A stretch of DNA of 64,000 bases from Octopus sinensis. Taxonomy: Eukaryota. The stretch lies in the NCBI RefSeq assembly GCF_006345805.1, contig NC_043009.1, positions 16,678,001 to 16,742,000 of the forward strand, written 5' to 3'. Made by a program: the position numbers and the translations under genes. Shown in pieces: positions 37,658-48,320 of this stretch. The stretch's first letter is position 1, and each line of letters opens with the position of its first letter. The notes under the pieces are model-generated. The model had not been told where the DNA came from and ran no database searches. It worked only from the letters and a program-made list of their open reading frames with translations.

Positions 37658-39350
37658 CATCATCATTGTCGTTTAATGTCCACTTCCCATGCTGGCGTGG
37701 GTTGGACAGTTTGACTGAGGACTGGCAAGCCAGGAGGCTGTACTAGGCTCTAATCTGATCTGGCAAGGTTTCTACAGCTGGATGCCCTTCCTAACACCAA
37801 CCAATCCGAGACTGTGGTGGGTAATTTTTACGTGCCACCAGCACGGGACCAGTCAGGCAGCACTGGCATCAACCACACTTAAATGGTGCTTTTTACATGC
37901 CAGTCAGGCGGTACTGTCATCAGCCACAACAATGGCTTCACTTGACTCAACAGGTTCTTTGCATAAGCAGTTTATTGCCCAATGATTGAAAGGTACTCAT
38001 AAACGGGCCAGTTTTGCTGCACTGGCATAGGTCACGGTTATGGTCTCACTTAGTTTGCCAGGTCTCCTCAAGCACAGAATATCTCCAAAGGCCTCAGTTG
38101 CTCATCAATCGCCTCAGTGAGGCCCAACATTCAAAGGTCATGCTTCACCACCTCATCCCAGATCTTCCTGGGTCTACTTCTTCCACAGGTTCCCTCTACT
38201 GCTGAGGTGTGACACTTTTTCACACAGCTGTCCTCATCCATATGCAACACATACCAGTGCTGTCATCTCCCTTGCACACCACATCTGATGCTTCTTATGT
38301 CCAACTTTTTCTCTCAGGGCACTTACATTCTGTCGTGTATGCACACTGACATTACACATCAAGCATAGAATACTAGCTTCATTTCTTGCAAGCTTACGCA
38401 CGTCCATGTTTCACTGCCATGAAGCATGGCTGTTCGCACACGTGTCATACAGTCTACCTTTTACTGTGAGCGAGAGGTCCTTTGTCACCAGCAGAGGTAG
38501 AAGCTCTCAGAACTTTGCTCAGGCTATTCTTATTCTAGCAGCTACACTCTCAGAGCCTCCACCCCATCTACTGACTTGGTCACCTAGGTAACGGAAGCTA
38601 TCAACTACGTCTAGTTTTCCCCCCTGGTATGTGACAGAAGCTGTTTTCTGTACATTTTCAGTGTTTATTGCTCCTGAGCATTTGCTACACACAAAAACTA
38701 TCTTCCCAGTTAGCCTTCCTTTGATACTGCTGCACCTCTTATGTGTCCATCGCTTACACTGGGTACATCTTATGGAGTCTCTACTCATGTCTTTTATACA
38801 GATTGAGCAGGGCCATCTACCTGAAGGGATTTGTGATTTGTCTGCCTACCTACTTACTAAAACTTTGGTTTTTGCTAGGTTCACACTAAAACCATTTGAT
38901 TCTAGACCTTGCTTCCACACCTGAAACTTCTCGTCTAGTTCTGATAGTGACTCATCTATTAGAGCAAGGTCATCAGTATAGAGAAGCTCCCAAGGACATC
39001 CTATCTTGAATTCCTCTATTACTACCTGGAGAACTATAATGAATAAGGGGGCTGAAGACTGATCTTTGATGGACCTCTACCCCTATCCAGAATTCTTCAC
39101 TATACTCATTGCCAACCCTCACCTTATTTACAGCATCCCTGTACATGGCTTGTACAGCTCTTACTAACCACTCATCTATCCCTAATTTCTACATTGACCA
39201 CCAGATAAGGGATCTGGGAACCCTGTCAAAGGCTTTCTCTATGTCAATGAAAGCCAAGTACAGAGGTTTATCTTTGGCTAGGTATTTCTCCTGCAGCTGT
39301 CTTACCAGAAATATACCACAAACCCAAGCTTCATCTTGTCTAAACTAACT
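37658..39350 (-). mobile_element. 5'-truncated RTE-clade LINE: decayed reverse transcriptase, Cys/His finger and 3' UTR
   Basis: Translations include IFLVRQLQEKYLAKDKPLYLAFIDIEKAFDRVPR, SPLLFIIVL, ELLYTDDLAL (YADD-like), VNLAKTKVL, CTQCKRWTHKRCS..CSKC and FRYLG. Contains stops/frameshifts and ends in a (TGA)n tail. Confidence 0.92.
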
Positions 39351-39355
39351 AAATA

Positions 39356-40093
39356 TGCACTGTTATATCTACATCTTCACAGTCACTTTCATCTCAACTG
39401 TGCATTCAAATCATTGTCCTTGGATCAAAAAGGTGGAAGTCAGAGAACACCAAGTCTGGGTGGTACAGTGGGGCCCAATTTGCCAATGATGTGTGAAGTC
39501 ATGCACTGTCTTAGTGAATGAAGATCATTTTTAAATTCTTGATCAGCTTCTTCCACCTAATGGCTTCTCAAAGCTTTTGAAGCTCTCAATGTACCACTTG
39601 CTGTTCACTGTACTGCTATGTTTCAAGTCAAGGAGACAGATGCCTGTCATTCTCAAAAACAGTTAATACGTTTCATCTCATGTCACCAGACTGGAAAGAA
39701 ACAGGTCTTCATTGGCTTCAACTGCCTTGAGTATATCAGAACAGATTTCAACCTTTCTGTCCTTCAAATCAGATGTCAACAGCTGAGGTTCCCATTTTGC
39801 ACACAATTTCTGATACCCAAAGTTTTACACCATCTTCTGTAATATTACCATTCATTGTGACTCATCTGCCTATGTGAATCAATTCATCCCTTGCTGGCAA
39901 TTAGTCAGTGGTCACAGCCAGTGACCTTCCACTGTAGGTTCTGTCTTCAATGTTGGTTTTCCTTTCTTTAAACTTCATCTATCCATGCTCATTGCCCTTG
40001 TTAGTGATGTAGCCTTCTGTGGATGTCAGACAGCCTGCAACCCTCTTTCATCAAGAACTCAAAGATAGCATGCTGCTTCTGCTTGGAATCCAT
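39356..40093 (-). pseudogene. Decayed mariner (DD34D-type) transposase
   Basis: MDSKQKQHAIFEFLMKEGCRLSDIHRRL at the N-terminus; GYQKLCAKWEPQLLT (WVPHEL-like); LFLSSLVT*DET (IVTGDE-like); LYHPDLVFSDFHLF (YSPDLAPSD-like). Multiple disablements. Confidence 0.85.
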
Positions 40094-40138
40094 TATTTGT
40101 CGACAGTGAAGTACAGGAAGAAGAATTACTCTGCCAAT

Positions 40139-40184
40139 TTTTGTATTTGCTAACATAGATCATTCTATGTTAGCAAATACAAAA
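40139..40184. repeat. Perfect 21-bp inverted repeat with 4-nt spacer
   Basis: TTTTGTATTTGCTAACATAGA-TCAT-TCTATGTTAGCAAATACAAAA. Arms are 24 bp in the duplicate at 63150-63201. Confidence 0.95.
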
Positions 40185-40476
40185 TTATGCTACTTTTGAT
40201 ATAATCTTTCATTATAAAACTTTTAAGAATCAGTATTACGTGATTAAATAAATCATTAGTAGTATTAAAAAGGGAAAGAGGATAAGAAAAAAAGCTTTAT
40301 AGTATTTCACTCCAAACCAAAACGTCATTGTTTGGCTATATTACTCCACTATAAAATGTATGTAAAAACATGTGAATTTAGTAAGTATGATAATTGTGCA
40401 AAAAATGGATGAATTAATTGAGAAAAAGTCATGCATTATGAGAATAAAATTATAGTAGTCAATTGACATGACAAAC

Positions 40477-40647
40477 TTGAAAGAAATGGTGCAGAAATGG
40501 ATCCAGCTGAACAGCAAGCAGGACATCTACAGAAAACCTCTACAATGACCACCAGTTTAATTAACCCTTTCAAACTAGTGATTATAGACAATAGATGTTG
40601 TGGTTGCATTTCTAATTTCATACTTTTATCTGATTCTGGGTGATTGG
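40477..40647 (-). other. Possible further exon(s) of the minus-strand gene; boundaries unresolved
   Basis: Strong acceptor TTTTTCTCTTAG at 40648-40649 opens NHPESDKSMKLEMQPQHLLSIITSLKGLIKL. An alternative acceptor at 40527 with donor GTTTGT at 40476 gives VLLAVQLDPFLHHFFQ, phase-compatible with 37585. Confidence 0.25.
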
Positions 40648-41057
40648 CTAAGAGAAAAATATGTTACTCATATAAGACATTGGTCATTTCGCAAGTATAT
40701 GCAAATCAACCAGTCCCACAACTTCAGTAAAATTTCTGTTCGCATTAATATACACAGCAATTAGCATAAATAATCAACGTCGTAATTGTGTTAACATCCA
40801 CTTTTCCATGCTTACATGGATAAGATAGAGTTTGTTCAGATAGATTTTCAACAGTTGGATGCATTTCTTGTCACCAAGTGTCACTTATTTCCAAACAAGG
40901 TAATATTTTCCTATGACATGTTTTCATAGAAGACTAGTAACAAATGGTACCTATTGTAAAACAGCAACAGTGACATAGGTTTAAACTATCATGTGATGCC
41001 CAAACAAGGAGGCATGAACACATATATACATATGCACATAGTATGTATACATCTTTA

Positions 41058-41783
41058 TTATTTAATGTCCATTTTCCTTGCTGGCATGGTTTGGACAGCT
41101 TGACAGAAACTGGCACAGACCGCAAGCAGTACCCGGTTCCATAACCCTGTTTTGGCTTGGTTTCTACAGCCCTTCTAAACCCAACCACTTTGGAGTGTAC
41201 TGGGCGTTTTGTACATGACACTATCACCAATGCTTTTTACATGGCCATCACTAGGCACATCATTTTGAGATTGGCCTTCAGTACTTCATCCCATGTCTTC
41301 TGGGGTCTCCCTCTTCCACATATATATCATCATTGTTTAATGACTACTTTCCTTGCTGGCATGGGTTCAACAGTCTGACAGGAGCTGTCCAGACTCTGCC
41401 TGTTTTGGCATGGTTTCTATGGTTGATACCCTTCCTAATGCCAACTACTTAACAGGGTATGCTGAGTACCTTTTATAAGTCACCAGCATGGTTGCAATTA
41501 CATGCCACCAGCACTAGTGCACCTTATGTGGCACTGGCATGAGTGCATTTTACATGGCACCTGCACGACAAAGACCTCCCAATTGTTAGAGGGAGTGAGG
41601 GCATGGCCATAAAGGACATGCCTGTATGGATGGATGGTCATGATTTTGCTTAGCTTGCAGTGTCTTCTCAAGTACAGCAAGTCGTCACAAGTACCTGTCC
41701 CTCATCATTTCCTGAGTGAGGCCCAACATTTGAAAATCGTTTCTCACCATTTCATCCCACATCTTCCTGGATCTACCCTCACC
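41058..41783 (-). mobile_element. Two tandem decayed RTE 3' fragments (41058-41320, 41328-41783)
   Basis: Each starts with tttaa..tttccttgctggcatgg, carries the cccttc.taa..ccaac motif, and ends in the ORF C-terminal signature catcccatgtcttc/catcccacatcttcctgg. Confidence 0.7.
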
Positions 41784-42240
41784 CGTGTGTGTGTGTGTGT
41801 GTGTGTGTGTGCTAACAATATTCTGCGTTTTCTAAATTTATACTCTTGTAACAATGTAAGAAATGATGGTTAATAATATTTATTATTAGGATTGATTACA
41901 GTTGTGTTGTTTAGATTTAAAAAGATAATTGCTATAAATATATTACATTCATATATATAATTAAGCTGACCTCTGTTAATTTAAACACATGATGCATAAT
42001 TCTGATTTACAGCTGAGCAATATGAAGATCACTGAGCCATGATGGCTTAGGCTATTAATATGTATGATCACTTCAACCACAAAGAGAAAGAGTTTTATGA
42101 ACTTCAACCATTCTAATCAGAGCTATTATCTCTATACATATCATTTTAACATATGCTTCTTGATTTGTTGTTTTATTATTTATATGTATCTATATCTGTA
42201 TGTGTATGTATTATATAATATATATATATATATAATATAT

Positions 42241-42880
42241 CATCATCATCATCATTTATCGTCCATCTTCCATGCATGGGTGGGATTGTTGACAAGAACT
42301 GGTCAGGTAGAAAAACTACCCTAGGCAACTGTGTCTGTTCTGGCAGAGATTTTACGGCTGGATGCCCTTCCTAACACCAACAACTCCACAGAGTGGACAC
42401 AGTGCTTTTTACATGACACTAGCACAGGCAAAGTTAGTTTTGGCATGATTTTAACAGCTGGATGCCCATCCAAATGCCAACTACTTACAGTGTGGACTGG
42501 ATGCCCTTAACACGGCACCAGCACTGGCTGGCAGGGTAATCAAGTAACTAGCAAGACAAGGAGCTATGAGAGGAGAAGGGCATTTGAGGAGGGGAGCTTG
42601 TGTTAGAAGATCAAAAGTTGAAGTGTGACAAAGAGACAGAAGCAGGTGTCTTGCCACAACAGAGGGGGCATTAGAGGAGGAGGTTGATCCAGTATCAGAT
42701 GATGAAAGAATAGAGAGTAACAGAGAAATAGTGAGGCAGAAACAAGTGTTTTGCTATAGAGGAGGTGCATGATTAGAGAGAGAGAGAGAGTGAGAGAGGA
42801 AGAGGGAGAGAGAGGTACAAGAAAGAGGACAGAAACAAGTGTGCTGATGTAAAGGAGATACTTAGTTACCGAGCCAGAAA
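42241..42880 (-). mobile_element. RTE 3' UTR fragment of a subfamily with a GA-rich internal region
   Basis: (CAT)n tail and two gctggatgccc motifs. Reverse-complement match to 44690-45304. Confidence 0.75.
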
Positions 42881-43339
42881 CACTTCCACGTATGCGTAAT
42901 GGCGATGTTCTTAACTGTTATATGGGCATGTAAATATGTTTGCAAAATGTTTTTGTTAAATGTTATTCTGTGTTCTGAATACTTTTATTTTAATAAATGT
43001 TGCTTACTGCAAGTTAGGATGATTCTTTATGACTTCATTGCTTTCAGGTTTAGCTTAAGGTATTTTCGTGCCCGACATCACAAAATGCATCTGAATAAAC
43101 ATTGCCAGACAGCAATAGAGACTCGGACATTGCTAAGAAAATATTTTTCATTTTAACCTCGTATATCGTACACACTAGGGATTTTGACCTTTAAATTTTG
43201 GGGAAAAAAATGCAGATTATACTTGAGGATTTATGGTATGCTACAAAAAGTATGTTTTGCACCTGTATTGGCTACATTTCATTTTGCTTGAACTTCATGG
43301 GTATACGTTTTGCTGAAGAATGTACACCCCAACATAGTT

Positions 43340-45304
43340 GTAACTTCAGAATTATAGAGAGACTTGGAGAAATAACCCATGCTAGAAAAAGATTATGGAA
43401 GCTCAATGACCAGCAAATCAACAGGAATCTAGAGACATTCTACTGGAAGCCTATGATGATAGAGAGGAGGTGGAGGAGGAGGAAGAAACATATAGCTTAG
43501 AAGACAACTGGAAGTTCCTGTGGGACAATTAACTGGGTGCCGCTGGCCAAATCTGTGGCTGGTGCAAAGTCCCAGCTAGGCTGAGAGTGACATGGTGGTG
43601 GAACAAGGAGATGGATAGCACTATAAAAACAAAGAAACAGGCCTGGAAAGATTGGAAAAATGGTGGAAGCAGAGCATTATATCAGGGAGTCAGAAGGGAA
43701 GGTAGCAATCAGATTTACATAGCAAAACGAATAGCAGAAGGTAAGGAGTTTGCCAATGAGGATCAGAAGCATGAAGTGTTCAGGATTGCAAAGCAGTGAA
43801 TCAGAGAGAATAGAGATGTGGTAGGTGAGAAATGCGTGCGAATGGATAATGGTTATACTTGTGCTTAGTGGAGATGCCATTATGAAAGGTTATTAAATGT
43901 GGAGAATGATGAGGAGGAGAGTCTTTAAAATATCAAACCAATTGAGGGACCAGCCATCAGAGTAGATAAGGCAATTAAGGATATGAAGGCAGGGAAAATA
44001 TCAGGCAATGTGGGATACAGCTTAATCACTCGCATAGTTAATCAGGTTATTCAGGAAGGCATCATCCCCAAGAGAGGTGTAGTAGTGGTTATAGTTAGCT
44101 GCTACAAGGGTAAAGGTGATGCCTTAGATAGAAACAACTACAAAGGTATCAAACAGCTAGACCAGGTCATGAAAATTACAAAGTGAGTTATAGCCCAACT
44201 GATTAGGAATAGAATTAAACTAGATGAGATGCAGTTTGGTTTTGTTCCTGGACGAAGTACCACAGATGTCATCTTCCTAGTGAGACAGTTGTAAGAAAAC
44301 TATTGGCCAAAAGTAAACCATTGTACTTAGCCTTCATCAACCTGGAGAAAGCTTTCGACAGGGTTCCCACTCTCTTATCTGGTAGGTTCTAAAGAAGCTA
44401 GGCATAGAAGAGTGGTTTGTCAGAGTTGTACAAGCCATGTACAGTGATGCTGTTCATAAGGTGGGAGTTGGTCTTGAATACAGTGATGAATTTAGCATAC
44501 AAGTTGGAGTTCACTAGGAATCAGTTCTTATTCCACTCATCATAGTTCTCCAGGCCATAGCAAACGAATTCAAAACTGGATGCCCATGGGAACTGCTATA
44601 TGCTGATGGCCTTGTTCTCCTCTACGGCAGCACACTTGTTTCTGCCTTTCATTCTTGATCACTCTCTCTCCTTCTTTTGTTTTTTTACTCCTGACTAGGT
44701 ATATAAGTATCTCCTTTACACCTGTTTCTGTCCTCTTTTTGTATCTCTCTCTCTCCCTCTCTCTTCTTCTCCTCTTTCTCTTCTCTCTCTCTTGCTGGGT
44801 AACCATGTACCTCCTCTATAGCAAGACACCTATTTCTGCCTCTCTATTTTTCTGTCACACTCTAACCTTTCATCATCTGATACCGTATCACCCCATGCAA
44901 TGCTCCCTCTGTTATAACAAAATACCTGTTTCTACCTCTCTGTCACATTGTAACCTTTCATCATCTGTCATAAGTTCCCCTCCTCAAATGCCCCCCCCCC
45001 TCAAGATTCCATGTCTTGCAATTACTTGGTGACCTACCAGTGCTGGTGCCATGTAAAAAGCATCCAGTCCACACTGTAAAGTGGTTGGCATTTGGAAGGG
45101 CATCCAGCTGTAAAAATCATGCCAAAACTAACCTCACCTGTGCTAGTCCTACATAAAAAGCACTGAGACCATTCTGCAGAGAGGTTGATGTTAAGGAAGA
45201 GTATCCAGAAGTAAAATCTCTGCCAAAACTGACACAGTAGTCAGGGGTAGTCTTCTACCTGGCCAGCTCCTGTATGGAAGACAGACATTAAACAGTGATG
45301 ATGA
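43340..45304 (+). mobile_element. Decayed RTE LINE: RT region joined to 3' UTR with internal deletion
   Basis: RKRLWKLND, TWWWNKEMD, CYKGKGDALDRNNYKGIK, LDEMQFGFVPGRSTTD, AFINLEKAFDRVP, CPWELLYADGL, with many stops. 3' end ggaagggcatccagc..attaaacagtgatgatgat. Confidence 0.88.
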
Positions 45305-45310
45305 TATAGG

Positions 45311-45465
45311 ACAGGCTTCTTTCATTTCTGTTGGCCAAATTCACTCACAAAGCTTTCGTTGGCTTAGTGCTAAAGCAGAAGACATTGCCCAAGTTACCAT
45401 GCAGTGGGACTGAATCTGAGACTATGTGAATAGGGAGCAAAATCCTTACCATGCACCACACCTAC
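45311..45465 (-). mobile_element. Partial tRNA-derived SINE
   Basis: Similar to 32830-32990. Confidence 0.7.
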
Positions 45466-45473
45466 ACACACAA

Positions 45474-45800
45474 TGTGGCTGTATGCTAAGAAGCTTGCTT
45501 CTCAACCACATATAGTTGTGGATTCAGTCCCACTGTGTGGGAAACTTGGGTAAGTGTCTTCTAAAACCTTGGGCCAACCAAACCCTTGCGAGAGATTTGG
45601 TAAACAAAAACTGGAAGCCCATCATGTGTATGTGTGTGTGTGAATATGTGTGTCCCCTACCACCAGTTGATAACTGGTGTTGGTGTATTTACATCACTGT
45701 AACTTAGCAGTTCAGCAAAAGTCTGATTAAACTAGGCTTAAAAAAAATATAAGTCCTGGGTTGATTTGTTCAACTTAAACCCTTCAAGACTGCAGCCAAA
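45474..45800 (+). mobile_element. Decayed tRNA-derived SINE, head-to-head with the previous copy
   Basis: tgtggctgtatgctaagaagcttgctt..gattcagtcccactg..aagtgtcttc is the reverse complement of the 32551-32990 family. Confidence 0.7.
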
Positions 45801-46829
45801 TTATTGAAACACGTAAAAGATATCTTAAATCATTTATCAGGAATACACAGCAGATCTGCAACTGATACCTGTTTACAGATGGGTATCCTATCAAAGAGGA
45901 GATATACAGATTCCACCAAAAGAAATGTACACACACTTCAGGAAAGGAAACATCTGTATAAATATTTAACCTGTATAAGTACCTCTATAAATATAAATAC
46001 TTCTTTCGATGTTTTATCAAACCGTGACAACACTGATACAGTTTTTTTCATAATGATTCTATTTTTACCTGAAACCTATTTTCATTCTTTATGAAAAATA
46101 AAATATAACTAAACGAATAAAACACTTCTATATCTACCTATGGATGACCTATTATATGTGCTTTACTGTATGAAAGACTGTGAAAACTAGTCATCAATAA
46201 GAAACAATAACCACACATTTTAGAAACTATTTTCTCTGCTAAAGTTGGGGCTAGATTTGCAGGTCTCATCATACTCTTGTCACCTTTTTGAATCAGTTTT
46301 TAGGGTTGACTACTTTCTTATTACCAACCATTTTAGTCTTCTTTTTTTCCTCATACAGACATACAGCATTCCTCTTCTAAAGCTACAGTAAGAGAGGTGA
46401 TTTAATGAGAACTTCCAGGTGATATCCCTGATCTGTCACTCAGTTTAACATCCTTATCTGGCTCTAGAGTGTTTTTTGCAAGCATTTAGACTAGCAACCC
46501 ATGAGTCATGATTTCTTCTTCACTTTCTTCCAGTTGTAACAGAGATCTGGCAGAGGTCATGGATGTTGCTCTTTCTCCCCTGACTATGAAAAAAGACAAC
46601 AAGAATAGACATTATTAACATAAGCTACACAGCAGGAAAAGAAGCTATCTGGTGAAAATTAGGCAGTAGCATAATTTATATCAAGCATTTTGTGAACAAC
46701 AATGCCAGGGGTTAACATTTCTATGAGCTGATCACAGGTTCATTGCATTTCCAGTGGCAAAAGTGTCTCTCTATAACAAAAGAGTGTATCTGTAATTTGG
46801 GCAGAATAAATACGAATTAATTGCCAATC

Positions 46830-47370
46830 ACTTAAAGTGGAGTGAAGTTGTGGAAGGAGAGCAAGGAAGACATGGGACAAAGCATTGAAGATCAATCTCA
46901 AAGCACTGAGCCTTACAAATGAGATGAGAGAGGATCAAGATAAGTGGCACATTGCTGTATTCAAGAAGACTCACCCACCACAACAGAGCTGAGATCCTAA
47001 AACTAAGGTGCCACAAGAAAAAAACCAAAAAAAACATTGGTATGGGTGCTGGTGTCATGTTTCTGCCCTTCATTCTTGATCACTCTCTCTCTCCTTTTGT
47101 TTTTTACCCCTGACCAGGTATATAAGTATCTCCTTTTCATCAGCACACCTGTTTCTGTCCTCTTTTGTATCCTCTCTCTCCTCTCTCTTCTTCTCCTCTT
47201 TCTCTTCTCTCTCTCTTGCTGGGTAACCATGTACCTCCTCTATAGCAAGACACCTATTTGGACAGTACATTCTGTAAAGTGGTTAGTGTTAGGAAGGGCA
47301 TCCAGCCAGAGAACCAAGCCAAAATAAACTATGAAAGCCAGTGGCCCCTGGCCTTGCTGGTTCCTGTGTG
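46830..47370 (+). mobile_element. RTE LINE fragment (ORF C-terminus plus partial 3' UTR)
   Basis: GRRARKTWDKALKINLKALSLTNEMREDQDKWHIAVFKKT matches the RTE C-terminal RP..TW motif, followed by ttaggaagggcatccagc. Confidence 0.75.
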
Positions 47371-47774
47371 TGTTACTATATTTTTGTCTTGACATAGCAT
47401 GATACTTCTAAACGAGCATCACTGTCATAAAAGTGGTGTCCTTTTGTTTCCACTCTTTGATAAAAGTGTCTGGTCATGGGGGAATATTATGTTGCTTGGA
47501 AACAGGTGAGAGATAGTGAGAGGAAGGGCATCCAGCCATAGAAAATCTGCTACAATGAATCCAGTTCACCTTTGCAAGCATGAAAAATGGAAGCAATAAT
47601 GGTGATGGCTGCTGACTTGTACAACAAGATTCAAAATCCATCATAGGTTTTAGACATGTCTCCAGGTTGGATACACTGACTCCATCCATCTAGCTTGTCT
47701 GTAAAGCAGCGATTACAATGATTCATATCTTACCAAGCAGGGAATGCTTTTCTCTCTCCTCTATTTAACATTAG

Positions 47775-48320
47775 CCTTTTAACATTTAGATCATCATCAT
47801 CATCGTTTAATATCCGTTTTCCGCGCTAGCATGGGTTGGATGGTTTGACCGGGATCTGGGGAGCCAGGGGCTGCACCAGGCTCCAGTCTGATCTGGCAGA
47901 GTTTCTACAGCTGGATGCCCTTCCTAACGCCAACCACTCCGCGAGTGTAGTGGGTGCTTTTTACGTGCCACCTGCACAGGTGCCAGGGGGTCCGGCATCG
48001 GCCACGAACGGTTGGAGCTTTTAACGTGCCACCGGCACGGAAGCCAGCCAAGGTGGCGCTGGCAACGGCCACGTTCGGGTGGTGCTTTTTATGTGCCACC
48101 GGTACAGAAGCCAGTCGGGGACTTTGTCAAATGTTCTGCTTATTTATTCACATTGTTTTGAATTAATCACGCATTACTGCATAGCTTTGAAACTTTGAGG
48201 ATGTGATTTTTTTCTAGAGTGACATTGGAGAATACATGCAAGAGGCAGGATTTGGTCAGTTTGAACATAAAATAGGGTAGAATATCTGGGCTGGATGTGG
48301 CTGGTTTAAATGCTAAAGGG
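47775..48320. mobile_element. piggyBac-type MITE, copy 3 (inverted), split by an RTE 3' insertion
   Basis: Left end cctttt aacatttagat. Resumes at ~48121 as the reverse complement of 558-750 and ends tttaaatgctaaaggg. Confidence 0.7.
47791..48120 (-). mobile_element. Young, CpG-rich RTE 3' UTR fragment
   Basis: (CAT)n tail, intact gctggatgcccttcctaacgccaaccactccg motif and about 2.5 satellite-related units with CpGs retained. Confidence 0.88.

Noticed and set aside
46400-46584. Exon behind the strong minus-strand acceptor TCTTTTTTCATAG
   Set aside because: All three frames reach stops within ~33 codons and no convincing donor was found.
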